Below, one piece after another: positions 29,314-38,794 of a stretch of 44,834 bases of DNA (position 1 is its first letter; every line of letters begins with the position of its first letter). The notes below the pieces were generated by a model. That model was not told the origin of the DNA, did not search any database, and saw nothing but the letters and a program-made list of their open reading frames with translations. The translations under genes and the position numbers were made by a program. The DNA lies in the sequence record DRR723986_1726. The stretch is one strand, 5' to 3'.

Positions 29314-29339
29314 AAACAGCAGGGAGCTATGGGAATTTT

Positions 29340-30590
29340 CTATTCGCTGTCATCGGCTGGCTCTGATGGCAAATAGACTTGCGCATCATTTGCACTTAAC
29401 TCATCTACACTTTTCAATGCACGCAACATGGCATTTTTCCGTGTATCCAGCTTACCAATATGCTTTTCCATGGCTTTAACATTTTTGCCCATTGCTGCTA
29501 TTTGCTCACCATAGGTATTGAACTCTTTTTTCACCGCACCCAATATTTTCCAAACTTCAGCCGCGTGTTCCTGCATCACAGCCTGCTGATAGCCCATACG
29601 GAATGTACTAAGAAGAACCTGAAAATTCGTGGGCCCGGTCACCGTAATCGCATAATCTCGCTGAATATCTTCCACTAGCCCTGGCACACGTAATACCTCG
29701 GCGTATAGCCCTTCGGTTGGCAGGAACAAAATCGCTTCGCTGGTTGTATTGGGCGGGTTGATATATTTGGTAACGATATCTTTTGCAAAAAGCCTAATCT
29801 GTCGCGACAAATCGCTGGATGCTTTTGTCAGGGCGTCTTTGTCGCCCGCCTCCACTGCACTTAGCACACGCTCGTAGTCCTCGGTGGGAAACTTGGAGTC
29901 CACAGGCAAATAACGCTGCTCGTCACCGGGCATTCGCACGCCAAACTCCACGCGCTTTTGCCCAGATGTGAACCCACAGTCATAATTTTCGATAAATTGA
30001 TCTGGGGTCAGAAAATCCTCAATTAGAATTTTTAACTGTACCTCCCCGAATGTACCCCGTGACTTAACATTGGTCAGTACTCGCTTAAGGTCCCCAACAC
30101 CTGTTGCTAAATTTTGCATCTCGCCGAGGCCTTTATGGACAGCTTCGAGCCGTTCAGAAACTGTTTTGAAGCTTTCCGACAAACGCTTTTCCAGCGTGGT
30201 CTGTAGCTTCTCATCAACTGTTTTGCGCATTTCATCCAGTTTTTGGCTGTTTTCCGTGCGCAGTTCTTTCATTTTATCATCAAGTTTATCGCGAAACTGT
30301 GCCTGCTGTTCGGTCTGATGCTGGCCGAATTTACGCAAGGTGTCAGACAATTCACCGATTGCTTTGGTGATTTCCTCACGGTTGCCTTGAAATTCTTCGC
30401 GAATTGCTTTTTCACGTGCGTCTGCCTGGCGCGCAGAAAGATCAAGCTGTGTTTGAATTTCAATCAACTTTTGGTCTGCCGCGCTGGTATCAGCGGGCTT
30501 TGAAAGGGTCCGTAATCGCACAAGCAATACAATCCCGAGGAGCATTGAGAGGCTGAAACCAACAAGCAAAATTATTTCAACAGAAGACAC
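29340..30590 (-). CDS. rmuC: DNA recombination protein RmuC
   Basis: N-terminal TM and coiled coil; KSRGTFGEVQL, PVDSKFPTEDY, LFLPTEGLYAE. Confidence 0.93.
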   Translation of the reverse strand: MSSVEIILLVGFSLSMLLGIVLLVRLRTLSKPADTSAADQKLIEIQTQLDLSARQADAREKAIREEFQGNREEITKAIGELSDTLRKFGQHQTEQQAQFRDKLDDKMKELRTENSQKLDEMRKTVDEKLQTTLEKRLSESFKTVSERLEAVHKGLGEMQNLATGVGDLKRVLTNVKSRGTFGEVQLKILIEDFLTPDQFIENYDCGFTSGQKRVEFGVRMPGDEQRYLPVDSKFPTEDYERVLSAVEAGDKDALTKASSDLSRQIRLFAKDIVTKYINPPNTTSEAILFLPTEGLYAEVLRVPGLVEDIQRDYAITVTGPTNFQVLLSTFRMGYQQAVMQEHAAEVWKILGAVKKEFNTYGEQIAAMGKNVKAMEKHIGKLDTRKNAMLRALKSVDELSANDAQVYLPSEPADDSE

Positions 30591-30770
30591 GCAGCATTAA
30601 CTCCAACTGGCAAAACTCTGACTACCTACCTCTGAGTAGCCTGCCAACAACGCTACAGCAAGACTTGACCGCAGAAATAAGCTGTGGTTGACTATTCATA
30701 TCAGGGATTTGCCTAAATCAACCTCCGTCAGACACCTGTCTAATCGGCGGGCAAACCCCCGGAGACAATC

Positions 30771-31664
30771 ATGATACCCCGTTTTGATGCAACAAACTTC
30801 AGCAATGTTACTGCTGAAATGAAACAGGCATTTGAGCGTGATGGCGTTTTAGTTCTGGATGGCTTAATCAGCAACCAAGCGTGTGACGACCTGAGAAATC
30901 ATATGGCGCAAATGATGACATCCTTCAGTGCCGAAGAACATGCCTCGGTTTTTTCATCTGCCAGTCAAGCCCACGCACAGGATGACTATTTTCTTTCATC
31001 CGGACACACCACGCGATTTTTCTTTGAAGAAGAAGCATTTGACCAAAATGGCAAGCTTACAAAACCGCTAGAGAAAGCAATCAACAAAGTTGGTCATGCC
31101 ATGCACGACACCGACCCAATGTTTGACAAATTTGCCCGCCAGCCCGCCCTTGCGGCCCTGTCAACTGGTTTAGGTCTTGCCGAACCAAGATTGGCTCAGT
31201 CTATGTATATTTTCAAACAGCCGGAAATTGGCGGCGAAGTGGTTTGCCACCAGGACGCGTCCTACATTCGCACCAACCCAAACAGCTGCCTTGGTTTTTG
31301 GGTAGCTCTTGAAGATGCAACAGAAGAGAATGGTTGCTTGTGGGGCATTCCGGGCGGGCATAAAAACACCGATGGCAATATGGCTGGTTCAGGCATGCCA
31401 AAATCACTCTTTATTCGCGAAGGTGACGGCACCCGAACCGAAATATTGGACGAAATACCTTATGAAGAAGAAGCCTGTGTGCCTCTTACGGCACCCAAGG
31501 GAACAGTTTTGGCTTTTGGCGGGCTGTTCCCGCATATGTCAAAGGCTAATCGGTCGGCAAAATCTCGGCACGCCTACACGTTGCACGTGATTGACGGTGC
31601 AACCACATATCCCGCAGACAATTGGCTACAACGCCCCAAAGATATGCCGTTTCGCAGCTTTTAG
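30771..31664 (+). CDS. Phytanoyl-CoA dioxygenase family (PHYHD1-like) 2OG-Fe(II) oxygenase
   Basis: QSMYIFKQPEIGGEVVCHQDASY, WVALEDATEENGCLW, HMSKANRSAKSRHAYTLH. Confidence 0.92.
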   Translation: MIPRFDATNFSNVTAEMKQAFERDGVLVLDGLISNQACDDLRNHMAQMMTSFSAEEHASVFSSASQAHAQDDYFLSSGHTTRFFFEEEAFDQNGKLTKPLEKAINKVGHAMHDTDPMFDKFARQPALAALSTGLGLAEPRLAQSMYIFKQPEIGGEVVCHQDASYIRTNPNSCLGFWVALEDATEENGCLWGIPGGHKNTDGNMAGSGMPKSLFIREGDGTRTEILDEIPYEEEACVPLTAPKGTVLAFGGLFPHMSKANRSAKSRHAYTLHVIDGATTYPADNWLQRPKDMPFRSF

Positions 31665-31684
31665 AGGCTACTTAACAAGGAAAC

Positions 31685-31720
31685 AAAAAAGCGGCCAGCC
31701 CTCTCGAGCCAGCCGCTTAT
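31685..31720. terminator. Probable terminator between convergent genes
   Basis: AAAAAAGCGGC...GCCGCTTAT; the U-tract is stronger on the minus strand. Confidence 0.55.
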
Positions 31721-31753
31721 TACTGCGTACCTGACGCCCAGCAATTAAAGGCT

Positions 31754-32323
31754 CTACTGAATAACCTGATCAATCGCTGCACGAAGTTCTGGTGATTCAG
31801 GCGTTACATTACTTGGGAAAAACGCAACAGCTTGGCCGTCAGGGCCAATGAGATACTTGTGGAAGTTCCACTTTGGCCGGGATTCTTCACCCAATTCAGC
31901 AGCCAACCAATTATAAAGCGGAGCATTTCCATCACCACCATCAACAACCATTTTCTTGGTCATCGGGAAATCAACTTTGAAGTTAACTTTGCAGAAGTTC
32001 TTGATATTACGCTCATCCCCAGGCTCTTGATCGCCAAAATCATTGGCGGGGACACCGAGCACAACAAGACCTTTTTCTTCATATTCGCTCCAAAGAGCCT
32101 GTAGCCCTTTATACTGTGGTGTGTACCCGCAATAAGACGCCGTGTTAACCAGCAGTACTGCTTTACCTTTGTACTGGTTCATCGCCATATCAGTATAGTC
32201 AATCGACTGAACGGTGAAATCATGCGCAGACTTTTCACCAGCGGCAAAAGATGCTGTCGCGAATGAGGCGGTTGCTAACAACCCAGCCGTTGCAACCATC
32301 ATAATTTTTTTCAACATACCCAA
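31754..32323 (-). CDS. Glutathione peroxidase with signal peptide (periplasmic)
   Basis: Signal peptide ending ASFA; VNTASYCGYTPQY, GVPANDFGDQEP, PKWNFHKYLI. Confidence 0.92.
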   Translation of the reverse strand: MGMLKKIMMVATAGLLATASFATASFAAGEKSAHDFTVQSIDYTDMAMNQYKGKAVLLVNTASYCGYTPQYKGLQALWSEYEEKGLVVLGVPANDFGDQEPGDERNIKNFCKVNFKVDFPMTKKMVVDGGDGNAPLYNWLAAELGEESRPKWNFHKYLIGPDGQAVAFFPSNVTPESPELRAAIDQVIQ

Positions 32324-32514
32324 ATCCCTACTTCATTTTGCTACTACGGTAGCGCCCATTTAAAACGCCCTAACGCAGTGCGTTGCTCTTATTACGCAGT
32401 TATAACAGGTTTGGTTTTGAAAACCAGATCCTGCCCCTTGAAATATGACAAGGACGAGCTAGCTAAACTGCAAATAGCAAAAAACCGCTAACCCTAAGTA
32501 AAAGAGAGACTTTT

Positions 32515-33618
32515 GTGACATACCCAGCCTTATTTCAACCGTTTAATCTTGGTCCCCTGCATTTGGATAACCGAATTGTGATGGCACCCATGACCCGCAG
32601 TTTCTCGCCGGGCAATGTGCCAAACAGCAAGAATATTGACTATTACCGCAGACGTGCAGCTGGTGGGGTTGGCCTGATTATTACCGAAGGCACATGTGTG
32701 AACCACATTGCTGCCAATGGTTATCCCAACGTACCGTATTTTTACGGCGAAGATGCGCTTGAGGGCTGGCGCAAAGTTGCAGAAGCCGTGCATGCGGAAG
32801 GCGGCAAGATAATGCCACAACTTTGGCATGTTGGCTCCATGCGCAAACCCGGCAGCGAACCTGTTGCCGAGGTGCCAGGTTACGGGCCATCAGGCTTGGT
32901 GGCACGCGGCAAGAAACGCTGCCATGAAATGACAGAACAAGACATTGCGGATGTTATTGAAGCTTTTGCACAAGGCGCAGCAGACGCAGAGCGCATTGGT
33001 TTCGACGGCGTTGAGGTACACGGTGCACACGGTTATATCATTGACCAATTTTTCTGGGAAGGCTTGAACGAGCGAACAGACCGATGGGGTGGTGACCTGA
33101 TTAAGCGCACTCGTTTTGCCGTCGAAATCATTAAAGCCATCCGAGCGCGCGTGAGCGATGACTTCCCTGTGATTTTACGCTGGTCCCAATGGAAACAACA
33201 GGAATATAGCAGCAGACTGGCCGAAACACCGGAAGAACTAGCGGCCTTTCTGGCCCCGCTTTCTGAGGCTGGTGTTGATGTATTTCACTGCTCGACCAGA
33301 CGCTTCTGGGAACCAGAGTTTGAAGGCAGCGATATGAACTTAGCGGGTTGGGTTAAAAAGCTAACTGGAAAACCAACTATTACTGTTGGCAGCGTTGGCT
33401 TGGACACTGCTTTCGCGGAAGAAGGACAAGGCGAGTTTTCTGAAGCACAAACTGTTAGCCTTGAGGGCGTCGAGCAGCGACTAAAAGCAGGTGAATTTGA
33501 TATGGTTGCGGTTGGACGCGCCCTGCTTGCCAATCCGGAATGGGCAAATCAAATAAAAGCGGATGGCGGTGCCAACTTAAAGCCCTACAAGCGTGAAATG
33601 CTGATGGAGCTGGTTTAG
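32515..33618 (+). CDS. NADH:flavin oxidoreductase (Old Yellow Enzyme family)
   Basis: NRIVMAPMTR, QLWHVG, GFDGVEVHGAHGY, VAVGRALL. Confidence 0.93.
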   Translation: MTYPALFQPFNLGPLHLDNRIVMAPMTRSFSPGNVPNSKNIDYYRRRAAGGVGLIITEGTCVNHIAANGYPNVPYFYGEDALEGWRKVAEAVHAEGGKIMPQLWHVGSMRKPGSEPVAEVPGYGPSGLVARGKKRCHEMTEQDIADVIEAFAQGAADAERIGFDGVEVHGAHGYIIDQFFWEGLNERTDRWGGDLIKRTRFAVEIIKAIRARVSDDFPVILRWSQWKQQEYSSRLAETPEELAAFLAPLSEAGVDVFHCSTRRFWEPEFEGSDMNLAGWVKKLTGKPTITVGSVGLDTAFAEEGQGEFSEAQTVSLEGVEQRLKAGEFDMVAVGRALLANPEWANQIKADGGANLKPYKREMLMELV

Positions 33619-33649
33619 ACCAACCCGGCACGCATGATGAAGCGGGGCA

Positions 33650-34879
33650 TTAAGCAGCCGATGCTTCGAAATTAAAACCCAGCTGGTTACCAGCCGGCGG
33701 GCGAAACAAATCTGTTTTAAGGTCAACCGATTGTTGATTGAGGTGCAACCTTCGGCACAGGTTGCCAAAACGTTGTTTCATTAAGTCAGCCTCTAGACCT
33801 TTGCCTTTCATCCGGTGCTTGAAGCGTGGGTCATTCAATTTGCCGCCCCTTAAGGCTGCCAGACGGTTTAAAACGCGGCTTTTCCGGTCGGGGTAATATT
33901 CTTCCAGCCATTCTTCAAATAACCCGGCAACCTCAAGGGGCAGGCGTAGCAATATATAGCCTGCGGTTCGCGCACCTGCATGCGCCGCCGCCGCCAGTAC
34001 TTGTTCCATTTCATGGTCATTCAGGGCCGGGATAACCGGTGCAAATACAACACCGGTTGGCACGCCCGCATCAGATAAAAGCTTGATTGCATCCAAACGG
34101 CGTTGAGGTGTCGCAGCTCTGGGCTCCAGCGTGCGCGCAAGGCTGCGATCAAGCGTCGTGACAGATAATGCCACTTTCACGAGCCCCCTTTTCGCCATCG
34201 GCACTAAAAGGTCCATGTCTCGAACAACTAAACGAGATTTCGTCAATATGGTTACCGGGTGGTCATGTGCTGTCAGCACTTCAAGAATGCTGCGCGTAAT
34301 CTCCCGTTCCTTCTCTATGGGTTGATAAGGATCCGTGTTAGTGCCTAGTGCAATGGGCGCAACCTTGTAATTCTTCTTTGAAAGCTCAGTCTCCAAAAGT
34401 GCTGCAGCATTAGGCTTGGCAAATAGCTTACTTTCAAAATCAAGCCCCGCAGACAGCCCCATAAACGCATGCGTTGGCCTAGAAAAACAGTATACACAGC
34501 CATGCTCACACCCACGGTAAGGGTTAATAGACCGATCAAACGGAATATCAGGTGATTGATTACGGGTCAGAACAGACTTGGGGAATTCGTCCGTTATTTC
34601 GGTACGCAATTGAGGCGGCACAGGAGTGACACGCTCGTCGTGGCTATAATGCGTATCCGCCCATCCGTCCTGAAAGACCGCACGACGAAGCGGTTCAAAG
34701 CGACCACTGTCATTAGAAACAGCGCCCCTGCCCTTAACAATTTGATTACGGTGTTGACCTTCATGCCGCCGCGGGCGTTGCTCTATAGAAATACCCTTCA
34801 CCTTCCAGGGGGAAGTGACATGAGGGTTATTCCCCAAACTTGTTCGAGAATGTGATTGAATTTCGCTTGTCATATCCAT
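33650..34879 (-). CDS. PA0069 family (SplB-like) radical SAM protein
   Basis: SINPYRGCEHGCVYC, GTNTDPYQPIE, LLRLPLEV; start codon uncertain. Confidence 0.92.
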   Translation of the reverse strand: MDMTSEIQSHSRTSLGNNPHVTSPWKVKGISIEQRPRRHEGQHRNQIVKGRGAVSNDSGRFEPLRRAVFQDGWADTHYSHDERVTPVPPQLRTEITDEFPKSVLTRNQSPDIPFDRSINPYRGCEHGCVYCFSRPTHAFMGLSAGLDFESKLFAKPNAAALLETELSKKNYKVAPIALGTNTDPYQPIEKEREITRSILEVLTAHDHPVTILTKSRLVVRDMDLLVPMAKRGLVKVALSVTTLDRSLARTLEPRAATPQRRLDAIKLLSDAGVPTGVVFAPVIPALNDHEMEQVLAAAAHAGARTAGYILLRLPLEVAGLFEEWLEEYYPDRKSRVLNRLAALRGGKLNDPRFKHRMKGKGLEADLMKQRFGNLCRRLHLNQQSVDLKTDLFRPPAGNQLGFNFEASAA

Positions 34880-34891
34880 GATATATCATGA

Positions 34892-34906
34892 GAACAAAAC
34901 AAGAAC
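34892..34906. promoter_or_regulatory. Alphaproteobacterial LexA (SOS) box
   Basis: GAAC-AAAACAA-GAAC, an exact GAAC-N7-GAAC just upstream of the radical SAM gene. Confidence 0.8.
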
Positions 34907-34927
34907 AAGTGATAATCGCAAGTTTGC

Positions 34928-34956
34928 TTGACGCGCTGGCGTTACACCATTACATT
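34928..34956 (+). promoter_or_regulatory. Sigma70 promoter with an overlapping Zur-like box
   Basis: TTGACG-N17-TACATT; imperfect palindrome CGTTACACCATTACATT (34940-34956) resembling TGTTAT-N3-ATAACA. Confidence 0.55.
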
Positions 34957-34989
34957 CCACCCATTCAAGTTAATAGAAGAAGCCGTTAC

Positions 34990-35274
34990 GTGACCGCAAG
35001 AACATCAACAGCGTTGAAACTGCTTGTCCTTTGCGCCCTATTATGGGTGCAGGCGCTGCAGGTTGACCATGTAACGGACCAGACAGTTGATAGCCAACAT
35101 ACTGAATGTATGGTTTGCAAAAGCTTCGGTGATGCAGCCCTTGGCGGTGCCGCGCCTTCTGTGCAAAATGACCATCCGTATTCAAATAGCATCATCAATG
35201 CGTTTTCTAAACGCCCGCTAAAAATTGCTTATTATAGCGAGCATCTAGCCAGAGCACCGCCTTATACATCCTGA
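34990..35274 (+). CDS. DUF2946-like leader protein (signal/TM segment, CxxC, C-terminal RAPP)
   Basis: GTG 34990 start preferred because it lies downstream of the promoter; LKLLVLCALLWVQ...HTECMVCK...HLARAPPYTS*. Confidence 0.7.
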   Translation: MTARTSTALKLLVLCALLWVQALQVDHVTDQTVDSQHTECMVCKSFGDAALGGAAPSVQNDHPYSNSIINAFSKRPLKIAYYSEHLARAPPYTS

Positions 35275-35388
35275 TTTGAACCTGCCAGCACGACAGTGCC
35301 GCGTTCAACACAATCATATCGTCATTCTACTTAAGCGCGCCCTTCCTATGGAACCGGTGCATGATACTGATTTTACAGGATAAAAATA

Positions 35389-37563
35389 ATGCAATCCTTT
35401 GCTCTTAATCGTACAAAAAAAGCACTTAAATACAGCCTTTTGGCCGCCACTGCTTGCTCATGCAGCTTTGCTGCAAATGCTGCTAATACAAACATTCCGC
35501 CGTTGGAGGAGCAGCTTGAGGAAATTATTGTTTCCGGCGCTATTGAAGGACGGAAGCTCGGCGAATCTATTCTTGGTGCGACAATCCTAAAGCAAGATGA
35601 AATATTACGCCGCCTAAATGGCACCATCGGTGAAACATTGCGCACACAGCCAGGCATAACATCAACCTTTTTTGGCCCCGGCGCCAGCCGACCAATCATT
35701 CGTGGTCTCGGCGGCGACCGAATCCGTGTGCTAGATAACGGCATTGGTTCAATTGACGCGTCGTCCACAAGCCCAGACCACGCGGTTGCGGTAGAGGCTG
35801 CATTGGCAGAGCGCATCGAAATTCTGCGCGGCACTGCCATGCTGATGTACGGTAGTTCTGCTGCAGGCGGCGTAGTTAATGTAATGGACGGCCGCATTCC
35901 AACAACTGCCCCAGAAGATGGTTTTGACGGTGCAGTGCGCTACGGATTTTCTACTGTAAACCAAGGCCATGAAGTTACAGGCGCATTTAATGCCCTAATC
36001 TCAGAATCAGACAAAGGCAAGCTTGTTCTGCACGGTGACTATTTCCTGCGTGACGCAGATGATTATGACATCCCTGGCTTTGCAGAAAGCGCTCAATTAC
36101 GCGCGCTTGAAGAAGCCGAAGAGGAAGAAGAAGGTCATGACGATGACCACGACGAGGAAGAAGAAGCATTCGGCACTGTAGAAAACTCTGCGGTTCGCAC
36201 AGAGGGAGGCTCTGCTGGCCTGAGCTGGATTTTCGATAATGGCTTCTTTGGATTCAATGTTCGTAAGCTTAATAGCCTATATGGTGTCCCCGGCGGCCAC
36301 GGCCATGGTCACGAGGAAGAGCATGAAGGCGAAGAACATGATGAAGACGAGGAAGATCACGACGAAGAGGAAGAAGAAGTTGTTCGTATCGACCTTGATC
36401 AAACCCGCTATGATTTAGCTGGTGAGGTAAGCGGTGACTTTGGCTTGTTCTCAAAAGCTAAAATTCGTTTTGGTTACTCCGATTACACGCATACGGAACT
36501 TGAAGGCGATGAAATCGGCACTGTGTTTAGTAACGAAGGGTGGGAAGGCCGCCTTGATCTTGTTGAAAAAGGCAATGACAACTGGAAAGGTTCAACTGGT
36601 GTTCAAATTCGTCACAGAGACTTTTCTGCTGTAGGGGCAGAGGCATTTGTACCGCCCGCCATCAGTTCCCAAATTGGTGTTTATACAGTGAAAGAATATA
36701 CCACAGGTAATTGGCGCTTTGATTTCGGCGGGCGCTATGAGCACACAAGTTATGATGTAGATAGCACCAACACAGAACGTTCTTTTGATGGCTTTAGCGG
36801 TAGTCTCGGCGCTGGATATGATATCAATGACAACACTTTCATTGGAGCCACTATATTCCGCACTGAACGAGCACCTTCAACCGAGGAGCTTTTCTCCAAT
36901 GGACCTCATTTGGCAACAAATGCTTTTGAAGTGGGCAACCCTGATTTGGGCTTAGAAACCGCAACCGGCATTGAAGGAACACTATCATACCAAACAGGTC
37001 CCTTCAGTTTCGTGGCAAACGCCTATTTTACGACCTACGACGATTTCATTTATGAAGTAGCCACAGGCGCAGAAGAAGACGAACTGCCCGTATTTGAGTT
37101 TCGTGCCAATGACGCCCAGATATATGGCTTTGAAGTCAAATCAGAATATCATGTAGGAACATATTCTACTGACGCACTCGGTGACATTGACATTCACCTT
37201 GACGGACAATTTGATTTGATCGAGGCTGATCTGGACAGAGGCGGCAATGATACTGTGCCGCGCTTACCACCTGTGAGTGCCCTGTTCGGCATCGAAGCTC
37301 AGTCAGAAATATTTGAATTTCGGACTGAACTTGAGATTGCCGGTAGCGTAGATGATGTCGCCGAAGTTGAATTGCCAACAGATGGCTATACCTTCTGGAA
37401 TGCATTTTTGTCTGTTAGACCTTTTGATAACAAAGGTATTTCATTCAATATTCAGGGCACGAACTTAACCAACTCAACCGGTCGGCCTCACACCAGTTTC
37501 CTTAAGGATGTCGCGCCGCTACCGGGCCGTAATGTGATGTTATCTGTGCGGGCAGAGTTCTAG
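35389..37563 (+). CDS. TonB-dependent receptor, ZnuD-like, with His/Glu-rich loops
   Basis: TonB box EEIIVS; plug GPGASRPIIRG...DASSTSPDHAV; NGPHLAT; C-terminal PGRNVMLSVRAEF; inserts GHDDDHDEEEE and GHGHGHEEEHEGEEHDEDEEDHD. Confidence 0.92.
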   Translation: MQSFALNRTKKALKYSLLAATACSCSFAANAANTNIPPLEEQLEEIIVSGAIEGRKLGESILGATILKQDEILRRLNGTIGETLRTQPGITSTFFGPGASRPIIRGLGGDRIRVLDNGIGSIDASSTSPDHAVAVEAALAERIEILRGTAMLMYGSSAAGGVVNVMDGRIPTTAPEDGFDGAVRYGFSTVNQGHEVTGAFNALISESDKGKLVLHGDYFLRDADDYDIPGFAESAQLRALEEAEEEEEGHDDDHDEEEEAFGTVENSAVRTEGGSAGLSWIFDNGFFGFNVRKLNSLYGVPGGHGHGHEEEHEGEEHDEDEEDHDEEEEEVVRIDLDQTRYDLAGEVSGDFGLFSKAKIRFGYSDYTHTELEGDEIGTVFSNEGWEGRLDLVEKGNDNWKGSTGVQIRHRDFSAVGAEAFVPPAISSQIGVYTVKEYTTGNWRFDFGGRYEHTSYDVDSTNTERSFDGFSGSLGAGYDINDNTFIGATIFRTERAPSTEELFSNGPHLATNAFEVGNPDLGLETATGIEGTLSYQTGPFSFVANAYFTTYDDFIYEVATGAEEDELPVFEFRANDAQIYGFEVKSEYHVGTYSTDALGDIDIHLDGQFDLIEADLDRGGNDTVPRLPPVSALFGIEAQSEIFEFRTELEIAGSVDDVAEVELPTDGYTFWNAFLSVRPFDNKGISFNIQGTNLTNSTGRPHTSFLKDVAPLPGRNVMLSVRAEF

Positions 37564-37591
37564 CGAACTCTCAGCAAAACCAAAACACAAT

Positions 37592-37628
37592 AAAAAAGCG
37601 GCGGACATCTGGATGTTCGCCGCTTTTT
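37592..37628 (+). terminator. Rho-independent terminator (bidirectional type)
   Basis: AAAAAAGCGGCGGACATC-TG-GATGTTCGCCGCTTTTT. Confidence 0.85.
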
Positions 37629-37681
37629 CGTTATGCTGTTTCATCGTTATTTAAACTATATGGTGACTTAGGGGAGAAGAT

Positions 37682-38794
37682 ATGGACTTAGTTGAGTTTT
37701 CGCTAGAGCGTATTCAGTCACTTTATGAAAACACCGTTGACCACAATTTATCAGACAGTGGCGTTCACCCCTACACCATGCGGGAATTGCTATCTCCCGA
37801 TCAGATAGAAAAAGTTTTGGACGTCGAGCTTGGCTATGGCTGGACAAACGGTGAGCCTGTTCTTCGGCAATCTATTGCCAACCTATACAAGGATCGAAGT
37901 GCTGATGAAGTGATCATAACCAATGGGTCAGCAGAGGCGAACATCATCATGGTGATGTCTATGCTCAATGCTGGCGATGAGCTTATCGTTGTGGTCCCAA
38001 ACTATCTTCAGATTTGGGGCTTTGCAAAGGCGTTAGGCATCATTGTTAGGGAAGTGCCGCTGCGGGAAGAAACCGGGTGGCAACCCGATATGGATGAATT
38101 GGCAAAAGCCGTAAATGCGCGCACCAAAATGATCACCATTTGCCACCCTAATAACCCCACAGGCAGCACGTTACCGCGCGAAAGTATGGATGAACTAGTT
38201 GACTTTGCTCGCAAGCATAACCTTTGGCTGCATGCTGACGAGGTGTACAAAGGATCAGAGCTTGACGGCAATGAAGGGCCTAGCTTCGTTGATCTATATG
38301 AAAAATGTACCATTACATCAGGATTATCAAAAGCGATTGCCCTGCCGGGGCTGCGCATTGGATGGCTGGTAGGCCCTAAGGATGAAATTTATAAAACTTG
38401 GCAAAGCAAGGATTACACGTCTATTACCGCCGGTGCGGTAAGTGAGTATATTGCCGACATTGTCGTGCAACCAGCCAAGCGTGCCCAAATTTTGGCGCGT
38501 AGCCGACGTATTCTCAATGAAAATGTCGATCTTCTTTCAAACTGGCTGGACAAAAATGCTAACCTGTTTTCCTGCATTTTACCCAAAGCTGGCGGTATGG
38601 CATTCGTGCGCTACACCATGGATGTAAACTCTACCGAATTAGTGCACCGCTTGCGTGATGAACGCAGTATCATGCTATTGCCCGGTGATGTTTACGGTAT
38701 GGACCAGTTTATTAGGTTAGGTGTTGGTGCGCCCAAAGACCATATTGAACAAGGCCTTATGCATTTATCAGACTTTGCGCGATCAGAGTTTTAA
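37682..38794 (+). CDS. PLP-dependent aminotransferase class I/II
   Basis: TNGSAEA, PNNPTG, DEVY, SGLSKAIALPGLRIGW. Confidence 0.9.
   Translation: MDLVEFSLERIQSLYENTVDHNLSDSGVHPYTMRELLSPDQIEKVLDVELGYGWTNGEPVLRQSIANLYKDRSADEVIITNGSAEANIIMVMSMLNAGDELIVVVPNYLQIWGFAKALGIIVREVPLREETGWQPDMDELAKAVNARTKMITICHPNNPTGSTLPRESMDELVDFARKHNLWLHADEVYKGSELDGNEGPSFVDLYEKCTITSGLSKAIALPGLRIGWLVGPKDEIYKTWQSKDYTSITAGAVSEYIADIVVQPAKRAQILARSRRILNENVDLLSNWLDKNANLFSCILPKAGGMAFVRYTMDVNSTELVHRLRDERSIMLLPGDVYGMDQFIRLGVGAPKDHIEQGLMHLSDFARSEF

Noticed and set aside
30704-30765. c-di-GMP-I riboswitch (GGCAAAC, CCTCCG, CCTAAA words present)
   Set aside because: The elements are in the wrong order and the GNRA/receptor architecture is missing.
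36109-36380. GAA/GAC/CAC-rich low-complexity repeats
   Set aside because: They encode the His/Glu/Asp-rich loops typical of ZnuD-like receptors and are not an independent repeat element.
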